Source of the DNA: Chrysomallon squamiferum
Lineage: Eukaryota > Animalia > Mollusca
Direction: 5' to 3'
Assembly: GCA_012295275.1 (NCBI GenBank)
Contig: CM022669.1
Coordinates: 2,604,001 to 2,668,000 of the forward strand
Length of the DNA: 64,000 nucleotides
Below, piece by piece: positions 1 through 14,800 of the stretch. Position 1 is the first letter of the stretch; each line of letters opens with the position of its first letter. The position numbers and the translations under genes are program-made. Under the pieces are notes generated by a model. The model was given only the letters and a program-made list of their open reading frames with translations. It did not search any database and was not told where the DNA came from.

Positions 1-321
1 TCCATTCCCCCATGTTTGTACACAGAGAAAGAAAGAAAAAAACAGGTTATTTTTTATTTGTTTCTGTTTAAAATATAAATTATAATGACATGTACTGTAG
101 GGTATTTATATAGAAAGAAATATGGATTGACAAATAAAACTACTTTATAATATATATGTTGCTGGTTTCAATATATTTATTTTAGAAAAATTAATACGGC
201 TGAATGACAGTGTGATAATCTTGTTTTTTTAAATTTATTTATTATTAATTTACATCATAACAGCAATTTTCAGCATATAATACTTATACTTATTAAATAA
301 TAACTAATTACTGTTAATATA

Positions 322-801
322 CAGTGGTACCTAGACTTACAAGTGCCCCAGCTTACAAGTTTTTTGAGTTACAAGCAGTTGCCCAGTCGATTTTTTGCTT
401 TGAGTTTGAGTTATGAGTGATCTTGAGCTACACCGCTGCTTGTTGGCACAAAGAACAACACAACATCCACCCAGCATCCTGTCTCACTCCTTTATTTCAC
501 ATGGTTACCTCGCTGCAGACTATCTCAGTTGTGTTGTGCTCATGTTTTATGTAGTATTTTGCCAAATGTCTTTTTTCTGACCATGAGTGCACTTTCTAAG
601 AAAGTGAGTGCAAAGGACAGTACTGAGAAGAAGAAATGGATGATGTCCATTGAATTAAAGCTTGAATTCATAGAAAAACGCAAGCGAGATTTGCAAGTAG
701 TCGACTTGGCTAGGCAGTATGAGCGTAGTACTTCTACGATACCATATGAGATATGAGCTCAGACATGGAACAAATTAAACTCGTAAGTCACAGTACCACT
801 G
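322..801 (+). mobile_element. Non-autonomous Tigger/pogo (Tc1-mariner superfamily) element in a TP53BP1 intron, retaining a fragment of the transposase N-terminal HTH
   Basis: Imperfect TIRs CAGTGGTACCTAGACTTACAAG (322-) and CTCGTAAGTCACAGTACCACTG (-801), each flanked by TA. Internal ORF 529-756 contains KKKWMMSIELKLEFIEK...VVDLARQYERSTSTI, resembling the CENP-B/psq HTH of Tigger transposases. Confidence 0.85.
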
Positions 802-1013
802 TATTTTACAAAAAACTTAAAACAAATCTAAGACAGAATTATGAAGTGGAGTTATATTAACAGTATTACTGTAATTATCTTTTTATCTGTTGTTTTATAT
901 TAAAGCTTAATAATAAACAATGTTTAGAGAATACATTTTAAAAAAAATAATTAAAAGGTTTATAATAGTAATATTGTGCAGGTGACATCAGCTTTTTTTA
1001 TTTTGTGTTTTAG

Positions 1014-3933
1014 GTGTGACAGCAGAATCATCAACCACTACAACATCAGAACCTCCACAATCAAAGATTTTTGCAGGGATGGTTTTTCTTCTGAGTCATG
1101 TGTACAAATCAGTTGAGCAGAAGGAACAGGAAAAGAAGATTCTGGAAGATTCGTCACTAGAAACATCCACAGATGAGAATGTTCTGGAAGGTATGCTATG
1201 GTCAGCTGGTGAGATGTTATTTAACAATAAGTTTTGTCTTGTACAGTAATCAATTGATAAAAGATTATTAAAAAATGTATTGATCATGGCAACCATAGAT
1301 GTTTCAGACAAAGATATTTTAATTTTCTTAAGCAAACTAACTTACTGATTTTACTGATTCAATAACATGAGTCCATGGCCAAATTGAGTAAAATTACAGT
1401 GCTCATTATGTTTTTTCAATGTAATTTACAGAAGAGTCATTCTTTTCATATGACAAAAGCTATCTGAAGACAGAAATTGAAAAAGCTTCTGGAACAATTT
1501 TAGAAAAATATGATAAATCCAAGGTATTTCAGTCTTTTTATTTAATGTTAGTTTTACTAGCACTTTAAACCTACAAAATAAAAACCTGTGCATAATAAGA
1601 TTAATATCATTTAAACTCACCAGTATTTTAGATTTATAAATATGCTTCATTTAACATATTATAACGTATTAAACAGTATTATGACTTAATTATAAATTAA
1701 TCATACATAATTTCTAGGATTAGACATATAGTTTGTTTTCAACAGAGAAAAGTACTTGATAGCAAGTTTAGTAGATTTAGTTTTAATATAGTGAAGTATA
1801 GTGTGGTATAGTATGGTATAGTGTGGTTTCATGCAGAACAGCATAGTAAGGTTCAGTTACAGAGCAGTTAATTTTAGTACTGTATAATATACTTTAAGAA
1901 TAAATAGTGTAATATAGTTGTAGTTCAATACACTACTGTGTAGTTTTAAATATTTAACAAAAGTCCTGTTATATTTGATAATTTGTTCTACCACATCTTT
2001 TTTTATTTTGTATATTGTTTTGTAGATAGAAGCAGCACTGGCATGTTACTTGATCTCGGACACTTTTCAAAGAACTGTCAAATATATCCAGTGTTTAGCT
2101 GCAGGTATTCCATGTGTTTCTCACCTATGGATTAGAGATTCGTGTAACCAGGTAAGTTGTATACCCTGTTTCTTTGATTAAGATTTTGGTAGGGGTGGGG
2201 GAACATTAAATTACAGAAAAAATACTTCACTTACCTAAATTTGTATTTTAGATATATATATATATACATACATACAGACAGAGAGACAGATAAGTTTCTG
2301 TTGTAAATGCTTTGAAACTGATACCTACTAAATTATAATTTAACATATTTTGACTTTCAGGCACTTTTTATAAACAATATTTATCAGTTTCAGCTACTTC
2401 AGTATTACCTGAAATAATTATATAAAACTTTTAATAAGTAGCATTAATTTTGTACAATATTTTGATAAATATGTAAATCAGGATAATTTCCAATGGTTCA
2501 GTAGAAAATTACTAATATGCTTCTTGTGTTTTTTAACCAGGGTAAATGTCTTGATATTAAAGCATACCTACTCCCAGCAGGCATCAGCATAGAGAGGAGA
2601 AAACTCATGGAATGGTAAAACACCATTGTTGCTTTCTGAAATAATTAAAACCTAAGACTAAACCAAGTTAACATAATCATTTAGTTTCATATTAAACTGA
2701 AAGTTGATCCAGTATGTGTATAACGAGAAATGAGTGAAATCTGGTGTTCACATCACAGCTCTTCACCGTATGTAAATTTTAATATAACAAATCAATAATT
2801 ATAATAGTTCAAATGTTTTACAAAATGATTTTCAGATTTATTCTGGAAGCCTAATTTAAACTGATAATTAAAAACAGATGTGTCAAGTAACAACAGAGAC
2901 CAGTTTACTGTATTTTTATTCAATATATGTATATCCATGCGTGTAGTTTATACTTAATATGTATGACTGAAGGGGTTGTTTTCGTTATTACAGGTTATTG
3001 TTTATGTTTTATTTACTTATTTTAATTAATTACATAATTTATTTTTTTTTTTTTTGTTAGTGTTGTTTTTATTAAATTTTTTACACTATTACAGGAGTCC
3101 TAATGCAAATTGCTTGGAGCAGTTTAAGGTAATGATTGCATCAAGCAGTACAGAATTCATTGATACATGGATGCAAACACTGACAATTTGTAAATGTAAG
3201 ATTTTCAACAGACTTCCAGCTGCCAATGCCTCAGGTAATCACAACAAACAGTCAAAATAAACTTTATATGTGATTGTATGATTATGAATCCAACCTTAAT
3301 TAAAAATAAAGTATGGGTGAATGAAGACTGCCACTTTACTGAATTTCTTGATATCAGAGTAGTCATAGAAATATGAACAGTTAAGTTGCTATTTTTCTGA
3401 TTTACTCTTTGCTAGTTTATTATATTGTTGTTTCATTATTATCAAAGAACTAAATATTTAGAAATAAATAAAACGAGTCCTTAGAACGTAAATTGTATAT
3501 AATCCATGGAGTATCAGATAGAGTTAATTTTTTTCTTTACTTATTTTATGCTAGGTATTTTTGATTAATAATTTCTTTGAACTATTATTTTTGTGTGTTA
3601 TACGTATATGAATCTTAGGATTCTGTCAGGCCTTAATATTGACAATATTATTATTACTTCAATATTTGATATACTCATTAATCTTTTTAAAAATGTTGGG
3701 GTTTTTAACTGTTAATTATATATTTTATTTTATTATTAACTTTTTTTACAGACGACATGATGCTGGATGTAATAATTACAGACAAGAGTTGTCCAACAAA
3801 CATCAAACGACGAGCAGCCAAACTGGGCATTCCAGTTGTGTCCACTGAGTGGGTCATTCAGTGTCTGATAAATGGACACCAAGTTGGATTCGACTCACAT
3901 CCTCGTTACAGATACGACTTTTCTGAAAAATAA
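1014..3933 (+). CDS. TP53BP1: TP53-binding protein 1, last six coding exons (tandem BRCT domains); gene starts upstream of the window
   Basis: Phase-consistent GT-AG exons 1014-1190, 1432-1523, 2026-2151, 2541-2614, 3095-3234, 3752-3933 (TAA). They translate to KIFAGMVFLLS...CYLISDTFQRTVKYIQCLAAGIPCVSHLWIRDSC...AYLLPAGISIE...DVIITDKSCP...LGIPVVSTEWVIQCLINGHQVGFDSHPRYRYDF, matching the 53BP1 C-terminus (human RTRKYFLCLASGIPCVSHVWV...LPVVSQEWVIQCL...HPKYKHDY). Confidence 0.95.
1765..1945. repeat. Degenerate pentanucleotide (TAGTR-like) simple repeat
   Basis: Recurrent tagta/tagtg/tggta units, e.g. agtatagtgtggtatagtatggtatagtgtgg. Confidence 0.55.
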
Positions 3934-5560
3934 ATTTTTCGAATTTTTGGAGACACAAATGGACAAAGACTTTGATTGATAACATTTAAGATATAACAAT
4001 AGAGAATTGTTCAAATGTTGAATGTTGATGAAGAAAAACATTTGTTGATTTTGTTTGTTCAGAAAAACATGGAATAACATTAATAATGCTTGTGTGAGGA
4101 ACAGGGAATGTTTTAAGACATTTGGGCATTTTGAATAAAAATTTATTTTGTGCAACAGTATGGTAAAATTAGGAATTTTTAAAAAGATTTCTCATCTGAG
4201 ATATATAAAAATAGTTTGGAGTATTATTTCAAATGGATAAAAATAAGAAAATCCTTCAGCTGTTTGCTCAGTTTCATTAGAATAACTTGGAAGGATGGAA
4301 TTGATTAAAATTTGTTATTAATTTTTTTGTTCAAGCAACAAGTTGTTGAAAGATATATTTTGCTAAAGAATATTTTTATATTTTTCACTACTTGTTAGTT
4401 GAAATGCCTTATACAGAAACACTTGTCCATTTTAGGCCACATCATGGCTAATGGGTATTGTGACTGATCTGGGCTACAAATAACAACTCTTAGGATGTAG
4501 TTTTACAAAAAGATAATTTAATTGGCAACAGCTAAAAGAAAACAAGACACCATTTTATCATCATCATGTCTGCATTTTAAAAATGTGCATCAAGCTTCCA
4601 AAACAAGATTATATTTCCTGGAGAACTAATTCTGTTGATATTTTTATTTTTTCTTTCTGCAACTTCTCACATCAAATGGAGAATCATATAATATAATGAG
4701 CTGTCAGTATCTGTTATGCAAGTTGCCATTATTAACTATAAGATAGTATTGCTGTTGAGAGCTGGTGCAGCAATTAAAAAATATTTTTGAAAATAAAAAA
4801 TATTTTGTGCTTAGTTCTTTTTTTTTTTTTTTTTTTTTTTTAACATGAAGATATAAAATTCCTCTCAACAGTTTCTTGAATTTCATGTTGAGTTAACAGT
4901 AATCTTTGTTCAAAATGTTTGTTATTTAGCATATGATAACTTTGAATATACTAATATCACACAAATGTGCTGAGAGCTTAAATTCAGTTGTAAACTTTTT
5001 GGTTCCTATCAAAAACTATTTTCAGATCAAATTAGAGAAAACACATTTCAGTATTGAAGCTATGAGATTTTGTTTCAGAAAAGTTATGTTGTTTTAAACA
5101 CAATATTTTACTTATTTATATGTTAGAAAAATTCATGTTTTATATATAGGGAAAGCACATTTTCAAATTTCTATTTATTTTAGTTAATTCATTAATTTTA
5201 ATAATGAGTAAATCAGAAAGATAATCATCCATGAAAAAATTGCTGTGGAATATTTGGTTATCTGCATTTTGTCAATTTTCGATTTAATAAATGCCCAAAA
5301 TGCCCGTACAGGATTACGAAACTAATTGTTAGACGTTTTTCATAAGTGAATTATATACAGTTTAAAATATTTTAAATGTTTTATTTCAAAATCAAATCAA
5401 AATGTCACGTATTCGTTCAAAGGGGAACTACTTATTCGAAAGACGTAAGGAAATATAAATTACTTGCTGGAGTTACTGTTCGTAGATGTCATGGGCTAAA
5501 ATTTTGCTGGCAATAAGTCAGTGAACAAAGCATTTGGTAAATAAATTATCAAACAGCAGC

Positions 5561-7804
5561 ATGGCCGAAAAAGGTATAATGTAATTTTTCAATACATTTT
5601 CATGTACTCAGCAAGTTTTTCCCCCGTAATTTTGCAGTAAAAGCTGAAAGTAGAATACTATGCATTTTTTTAAGGGAGATTATAAACAAAAATCGAAAAC
5701 CGGAAATAGATTACTTCAGTATTTGACACTTGGTTGTTATTATTTTGTCTTTGATTACCTTAGATTTTGATGAAATAAACAAATATAAAAATTAAAAATC
5801 CTTAGTCTATTTGGAAAATACTTATAAATAATCAAATAAATTGTTTTATTTTAAAATAGGGAAATTCTTTTATTTATTATTCAAATCTGCGTTTTCTAGC
5901 AACAGACAGCACCGAAGCATGTAAACGTACCACATCTGGTGACAACCAGTTCTGGATAATTGGTTTAAGTTATTTAAATATTTATAAAAATACAATGATT
6001 GTATATTAATAATACTGAAATAATTTGCTTATATTCAGGTTCTGAGGTATCAGAGTTGGACTATTATGAACAGTTTGTCAATGAGTACACACAAAATGTA
6101 AAGGAGATAAACAATCCTGGAAATGTAGTAAATTCTATTATGCCACAAGATGACCCTGGAAGTCTTGCAAAAGTTAAAGAAAAACCACCTGACAATAAAA
6201 AGTCTTGTGGCTCACAAGTTATCATGTGTAATGTTTGTGATAAATACTTCAAATCAGCTAATTGTTTAATTAAACATAGTGTGGCACATACAAATGAAAG
6301 ACCATATGTTTGTACGATGTGTCCAAAAACATTCAAACATTCCAGTACTCTGAAAAATCACACAAAGAAACACAATGGACAGTTAAACCATGTTTGTGAG
6401 GTGTGCAACAAACGTTTTCTCAAACCTTCCATCTTGAAGGAACATTTCCGTGTTCACTCCGGCGAAAAACCATATCAGTGTTCTCTCTGTTCAAAGGCAT
6501 TTGCAGTTCAGCAGTATTTAACACGTCACATGACCACCCATACAGGTGAGAAGAGGTATCAGTGTAGTTTTTGTCCAAAAAAGTTCACAGATAACAGTTC
6601 TCTGCGATATCACAAACGAACTCACACAGGAGAACGCCCTTTCTCTTGTAGTGAATGTGGAGAAACTTTCATCTCAAAACTGACAGTTGACAGGCACTAT
6701 CAGTGTAAACACTCAAACAACAAACCTTTCTGTTGTCACATCTGCAACAAACGATTCAAATTTAAGGTCTATTTGAAGAAACATTTATTGGTGCATGCTG
6801 GTGAAAGAAATTTTAAATGCTCTATTTGTTCTCGTTCTTTCTTTACTAGAGCTAACCTCAAACGTCATGTGTTGGTGCATTCAGCTGTCAAACCATACAA
6901 CTGCTGTCTGTGTGACAAAGACTTCCGCTGTTGGAGAAGCATGATTCGACATCTGTCAACACATGGCAAAATGCACATGTGGAAGTGCTCCAACTGTGAC
7001 AGGAAATTTCATTTCAGCAAGCACTTGAGGAAACATTACGAAGTTTTCTGTCCAAAAGGTGACATTTATGCAAAAAAGAAAAATTATAAGAAACGTTCAT
7101 TAAAGTTTGGTGGTGGTGTATCAAAAGTGAGACCAAACTTGTTAAAAAGTGGCAGATGTAATTGTAAAATTTGTGGTGAACAATTCACAAAACTGAATAT
7201 TCTCTACGGAAAGCACATGAAAATCCACAGAGCGTCCTCAACACAAGAATACAAATGTCAATTCTGTCTGAGGAAATGTAGTTCAAAAAAAGTTCTTGTC
7301 AAACACCAAACTACTCATTATGATGAAGGTGGTCTTAGACACAGACTGATGGTTGGTAAGCTTCAGAAACAGTTACATGTTGTTACAAACTGCAGTGAAA
7401 ATGAGAGTCCATTATATTGCAGAAAATGTCACTTGTACTTCAGACGAAGACGTTCATTCAACTACCACATGCTGATGCACACTGAACAGATTTTTTACTG
7501 TCTGTTTTGTAACCGTAAATACATGAAGTACCAAATACTGTTTGAACACATGAAACGTAATCATGACAAACACAGGCAGCATGCTAAAGCTGAGATGCTC
7601 TCGATGGAAAATTCAAAAAAGACTTCAAGTGATAAGAAAGCAAGAAGTGGAAATGTGAGACATCAGAGCCGTGCTGATACGAAACCTTCGGTTGCTGGTC
7701 ATTTACTGAACTATCCACAGAGAACAAGACGTTCACGAAAAACACTTAATTATGTGGTTGAAAAATTAAAAATGTCTACAAGCAGCAAAAGACAAAAGAT
7801 ATAA
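5561..7804 (+). CDS. Multi-C2H2 zinc-finger protein (~613 aa, 14 fingers)
   Basis: Exons 5561-5573 (ATG GCC GAA AAA G|gt), 5900-5962 and 6039-7804, all joined in phase 1 and in frame with ORF 5999-7804. Repeated CxxC...HxxxH with TGEKPY-type linkers (HSGEKPYQC, HTGEKRYQC, HTGERPFSC). No KRAB or BTB domain is recognisable. Confidence 0.9.
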
Positions 7805-8657
7805 TAGCTACCTGTTATTTGTTGTATATTTAGACAAACAGAAACAAACGCTGACATTCATAACAAATAATGGGTAATATTATATATAAAAATGCAGATA
7901 TATATATATATATTTATATATATATATATATTATTATTTTAAACATCCTTTTTAAAGATAATTTGCTATTTTATTTTACTCAGTTTCTTTACACGGTAAT
8001 TGGATTACATAAATATACTATAAAGTTTTTGATATATGTATACATTTATACCGATTTTAATTAGTGATATTGTTATATCTGTTATTACAAGTGAATCAAG
8101 TTCTGTGTTATCTACAAAATAATTATTAAGTGCATGCTAAAATGCATTAAATTTGGGTGTTAAGTGTAATGTTTAATTATTGAAATCATTATAGAAAATT
8201 TCATTGTAGCAATTATATGAAGACATTTAATCAGTGTCCATGGTTGTTGGTTAATGAATCATTTCTGTGCAGTATGTCATCCAGTCAACTGTGATGTTTC
8301 TCGTTATTGTTTTATCTAGACAGGCACATATAACTGTTTTACATACTTATCACTGTTTTTATATATATATATATATATATATAATTTTTTTATTTTTAAG
8401 TAATTGGAAAATGTATATTTATTAAAACTTTTCTAATCTTCACAAGGAACTACTGAATTATACTTACTATAGGATTTATAGCACTAAATATTAATAATTA
8501 TTTATTCAAGCAACTGTTTTAACTAGTAATTTAAAGTGGAATGAGTTTGATATGCTGTCAGTTATTTTCAAATTGTAACATTTTGATGTACTGATGAAAA
8601 CTTGTAATCAAACATAATTAAAGTGACAACGTTTCTTTCAATTTTTCATCATGACTC

Positions 8658-8742
8658 TGGAACGGAATAAAGCTCAATGTTAGAATTACAAGGTTTGATC
8701 CTGCTCTGTCATTAAGCTATTATTTTATGACTGGTATAGTTT
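8658..8742 (+). mobile_element. Possible degenerate tRNA-derived SINE head
   Basis: AGCTCAATGTTAGA (A-box-like) and GGTTTGATCC (B-box-like) at short spacing. Highly decayed. Confidence 0.25.
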
Positions 8743-8869
8743 AATATGTTAATTTATTTATTGTTTATTGCAACTAAAGCACATAGTGAAAAAGGAAATG
8801 TCGTATGAATGTGTTTGATATTTAATAATTAAAAAAATAACTTTCAAAAATTAAATGCTATCTTAGCTG

Positions 8870-11800
8870 TCATTTAAAAGGTAATTTTTTGAGTACTGGT
8901 TTTGATTTTTTCTCTTTCAATTCATTCAGTCCTGTAGAAATTCCAGCTGCACTGTGTGGTAAGGCAGAGTCATCATTCAAACTCTGAGGTCTGACTGGGG
9001 TGAGCTGAGACAAGCTTCCTGCCCTTCTTAACTGAAGAGTTGCTTTAGCCACCTGTAAATTAGGTTTGTATGACACTTGTTGTGAATGTTTTCTGCTGGA
9101 TGATTTAGCTCTTTCAGCTGAGCCTATACCTTGAACTGGATGTTTGGAAGAAGAGTTTGAATCTTCACTAACACTATTTCTTTCTCTGGAAGATAAATTA
9201 GGATCAGTATCTCTTTCATGTTTTTTCAAAGTTGTCTCTGACTTCTGGTCAGTTAGAGTTAGCTTCAGATCTGTCTGTTTGTTCTTGTTCTGCTTTTCTG
9301 TTGTAGAAACAGAATCAACATTTTGTCTTCCAGATGAAGTTATTGAAGAATTAATATCAGCATCTGGAAATGAACTATCTTTTGTGTTGATATTTTTCTG
9401 TTTAGGAGATGTCGGCTTTTCACCTTCCATCTTTCTCAGTAACATCCGAAGTTCTTCATCCAAATGTTCCTGTTCCAGTTGAAGTTTTTCATCTTCTTTA
9501 GTAGCTGTGTCTCTTATCTGTTGTTGTTTCTGCACCATCATCTCCAGTGACTGGAAATACTCTTCTCCAAAATGGGAAAGTGCTTCTGAAATTATGATCT
9601 TCATAAATAATTTTTTTTTTTTTTTTTTTTGTCTTTCAAAAAAAAAAAAAAAAAAAAAATCAGTTCTGAATAAATGATTTAATAACACACACATACTTAC
9701 ATGAGAATTATAATAATTAAGGTGGATTTAACTACACACAAACTCTGCAATTAGATGAAGGGTATGGCCAAAGATCTCATAAGTCCCAAACATCCTATTA
9801 AAAATATATCCCTGAATTGTAACCTATATTGTAAAAATTAAACTGTATATACAACCCAGTTGTGCATGGTCAAGACATGCCTTGGAAAATTGTACATTCT
9901 TTAACAAATCTATATTCATTGTTAGAAACAGTCATTACATCTGTTTATAGCTCAACCAAAACAAAAAATGTGGTCTGATAGATTTTCTCTCTACCAGTTT
10001 TTAAAATACCTTTTCCTTCTTCATTTTCATCCATTCTGTCAAACTTTTCAATGGCATCTAAAAACTAAAAATATCCAAGACAAAAACATTAAGATTTTGG
10101 AATGGCAAGATTGTTCTTAATTACATTTTTAGTTGCTGTATTTAGCTGGAACAAGAAAAGACAAAAAAAAATTCACAAGTGTTGTGAAATTTAACTCAAA
10201 TACAGTGCACTGAATACATTTGTGATCCTGATTCTTAAAATATGATGTCTGTTTTATGGAAATGATATATTGTTTGTGCATTAAAACACTTTTTCATTCT
10301 CATAAAACTTATTACCAAAGATTTAAACTTGCATGAAAGAAATGCATATAAGTATGGTAATACAAGTTTTGTAAACCTGAAACTCAGTAACGCTGACTTC
10401 ATCAGAATGATAATATAAAGACACGATGAATATTTTAACTGTTAACTGCTAGCTGATATTATTTATTCTGTACCAATAGTACAGTAAAGATTCCTAGTTG
10501 CTTTCAACAGCATCCCTTTAGATCACTGGTTTTCAACCTTTTTCAAACTGCAACTCAGTATGACCAATGACTCCTTTAAAATTTTTGATTCAATAATATA
10601 TAGGTACCACAAAATTTTATCAACCAAAGACAGTACAAAAGGAATCTTTATTCACTATGATGGGTCCCAAACTGATCTACATTTTTATTTATACCTCCTT
10701 CCAAGTCAAGTTGAGAAAAGCTAAAACATACCCTCGCTCAAGAACGATCTCACGACCCCCAGAAAAAAGTCTGGCGACATCAGGGTTGAAAGCATGCTTT
10801 AGACGATGCATACCTGTTTATTACAGTATTCATATATAAAAATAAGTTGATAGTATTGTCTTACTTGTTGTTTGTTTTCTTTAAATGTTTTGAGAAATGA
10901 CTTCAATGCCTGCTCTGAGGCAGTTTCTTCCAAAGTGAAAAATGCCTCAAGAATGCCTAGAGATGAAAGAGAATTATTATTAATGAAAAACAGTATTTAT
11001 ATTCCTCTTTCCTTACTAGAATTTTAAAACAAACTGAATTCAGCTTATCCATCTTCCCAGTACTATGAGTATTTCACTGCCGAGATCTAAAACTTCTTAT
11101 ATTTAATACTTTTCTTTATTTATGGCACTATTAGTAGTTATGAATAATAGTTTAAAGTTTTGTCTTTTTAAATGATACAGCCTTTTATTTTTATGTAATA
11201 GTTTATCCTAACAAAACACTTTTCAAGAAATTTACTTTCATAAGCTGAGATAAAAGATATAAGAACAGTAATAAGAATAATACACACTTTTCATGGGTTT
11301 GGTGAAAACATCAGAAAGCGATTTCTCAAAACTGCAGTAACTGTCCCTGTAAATGAAAGGATGCATTACACAACCACTGATAAATTAATTCACAGATTAA
11401 TAAAAACATCAAATCCAGCTCTCTTCAAATCAATCTGGTTAAAAAAACTGAACAGAGACTGAATCATCTAAATGACTAAATTAATATTTTTGGAATAAAC
11501 ATAATAACACAAAATATAGCTACACCTGATGGAATTAGAACCTAATCGCATCCATTACTGATAGTCAACAGTTAATTAATAGTTATGTAGATTTACTAAA
11601 CTAATTTACAGTTGAACAAATCAAATACTAATGAAAATAGTTAATGAATTCACTACTAATAAAAAAATGACTTTATACCTGAGAGAATTAAATAAACTTT
11701 CCATGTATTCTACTTGGTGACTGTAAACTCCGTGATGAAATTTGATTTCATTTTTCAAAGTTTTTATCTGTTAAAAATATAAATAAAATTTGCCATTCAA

Positions 11801-14800
11801 ACACTGTCCTGACAAATATACCTTTCTGAAAAAATACTGATTTTTAAATCATCTTTTATCATAATAAATAAAAAGAATAAAATTATCAGTTATTTTAGGT
11901 TTAACATCTTGTCATAACAAATAACATGCAGTTATGTGGTGCTAAATGTTTGTGACTTATACTAACATTTACAAGGCCTTTTCCAAAATAACAAGGACAG
12001 CTGGTATTATTTTCATTTTGTTTTAAATATAAAATATTTATCAGTTATCATCAGCATCGATGAAAAAAGAGCACTTCAACAATAATAATCTGTAATTATA
12101 TCCTATCTTCTTTCAGCTTATGAAAGTAATGTGTTCATTATAGAAGACACATGTTCTTTATGATTGGAAACCTTAGCATATACTTTATGTACTGATCTTA
12201 GAATAAGCCATTATTCCAGCCAGTTGATTTTAAAAAACAATATTATATAATGTAATTTGTTTTTTAAGAAACTCCTTGTTCAACTCTATATGTTTTTGAA
12301 AGATTACTAACATAAAGATGTTTACCTGTTTCTCCAACATGTTGTGTTGATAGTTACAAGATTTCAACAAAGCACCCACACACTGTTGTACATCCTGTGT
12401 TTTACTTCGAGGAAGACTGGGAAGAGAAGCCATGAAATATTCACAAGAAACATCTGTGACAACAGGCCTCTTCAGAACAGGCTGGACAATATAAAACAAA
12501 AATAAAGTTATTGTTTTATTTGTCACTGGGAACCAATCTTTGCTAATAATTAAGTACTTACATAATAAATTTGTAAGGACCAGGTGAGACATTCTTTCTT
12601 GTACTGCAACATCATTTTGTATACAGATATCATAAAAAAAATAATATTCAATACAGAATAGACAAAAAAATAATATTTAAGTTATTTTTTCATATTTTAT
12701 TATTAACATACATTTTATTTTCAAAGGCAATATTTATCTGTAACTATTAAATAAAGGCTTTATTCAACCTAAAGCTCAGAATAATAATATAACCATTACT
12801 TAATTTATTTATTTTTTAAATATTAATATCATTTTTTGGTTTTAAAATAATAAAAATTAAATAAAACTAGAACAAATGGAGACAGTATTCCTACCCATGG
12901 TGCACTGGGATATAACAATGATAAAGACAATAGATCATCAGCACATCCTTTCATCATGGCACAGGATTTCAAAATCTGAGTCTTCAGCCTCTCTCTGGCT
13001 GCAGAGGTCACATGGCATGAAAACAGTCTATGATTTGCCGATTCTGTATCTGACATTACTGAATGCAATCTGATCAATTCTTTATATAATAAACTAAGTC
13101 TTGATTCCAGCTGGGCCTAAAATGAAAAGAAAAATGTCTAGTATTATTTTTAACACATAAGATTAAATATTATTAAGCTTTTTTAAAACTATTGTAATTT
13201 CTGTTTTTGAAGTTAAACAGTTAAAATGTTATCAACATTTCATTTCAATCCGAAATGTAAAAATAATGTTCAGATTAATCTTCTTAATCTAAGATAAATA
13301 ATTTACTAAACAGGTTTGTTAAAAAACAAAAAACACCATCAACTATGAGTAAGTATGAAAGGCAGAATATATAAAGCTGATCAGAGATTAAAAGTCAGGT
13401 TAACACATAAACAAAAATAGACAATTATAATAAAAATTCTAAATAAATGTTATAATTTCATTTAAGTTATAAAAATAAACTGAGAAATTACTTAATAAAA
13501 TAAAAACTTACAATATGTTTTAAATTAAGATGATCCAGTTTTCCAGAAGCAATGTCCAATAAAGTGACTTCATCTTCTCTACCTGGGACAATAAACTTGT
13601 TCATGAACATCAATGGTCGAGATAATGCCTGCTTTGAACAGTTCTACAGAAAAATAACAATAAAAATTATCAACCATTTTGTGTTCATCTCTGCTTCATA
13701 TTATTAAAAAAAACACAGACCAATACCATACTTAGAAGAATTATCTAAAATTAAATTGTAAATGCTGAGAACATTAAGTTAAAAGTATTAAACTGAAATG
13801 ATGAAACAATATATTGCCTGTAATTTACAAAATGCAAATATAAAAGGTAAAGATTGTAAATTATGAAGAAATAGGAAATGTTAAAAGTAAATTATTTACT
13901 TAAATTATAATTTTTGAAACTGTAAGCATGAAAAGAATCAAATATGTTTAGAAATAAAATATTACAATTAGAATAGTTTTTAAGTATAATTTTTAGAATT
14001 AGAAATAAGATATTCTAAGCGATCAGCAAGTATGGTGTGTACACCTTTAAATAAACTATTTTAAGATGTGATACCTCTATGTTTTTAAATAATTTAATTC
14101 TTGCAGATTCTGTAGACTCAAGCATTTGTATTAATTCTTTTCTTTCTATTGGAACAGTTGGTCCTTTCACTTCAGCTGTTATGTGAGTCCTGTAAAAACA
14201 ACAAATGTAGAATTTGAATATTATCTGTATTCAGTGATAAAAAAAATAATAATAGTAACCATGAAACCTGCAGCATTTAACAGCAGTATCTAAATAATAT
14301 ATATTTTTAAATATGTGACAAAGAAACATTTTAAATTATATCTATTCAAAATAACCAGAGAACAACTGTTATAAAAAATAATAATTTATAATTGTGTCTT
14401 CTGATACAAGATAGATTATGGGACTTTAATAAAATTAGTATTAAACAATTTATTTATCTATTATTTATTTATTTTCATTTATTTATTTTTTGGCATGAAA
14501 GAATGATTATAAAGATTATATTTAATAAACAGAATAATGATGAGTATCTCATTTGAAAATTCAGATGTTAAATGTTCAGAAAAAAGTCACCATAAGCAGT
14601 TGTACTCACACACACACTCATACATACAACTTGTAAGATTATAACCTGAAGCTGTCTGCCAGCCAACAGAGAACATTTTCAACCTCCAACACACTTTCTG
14701 TTCTATTTCCTACAGCATCAGTCAGTAAGAGAATCTAAAGCAAACAAACATTTCACAAAACCTTCATTTCAACAGATTTTCAAGCAAAGTAATTTTCTTT

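Noticed and set aside
5999-6038. ORF-track start of the zinc-finger protein at TTG 5999
   Set aside because: It lies in an intron. The true start is more likely ATG 5561 via two small exons.
9144-9482. 112-aa plus-strand ORF (also 6064-6336, 1096-1335, 57264-57449, 12876-13073)
   Set aside because: These are antisense shadows of real coding exons on the opposite strand.
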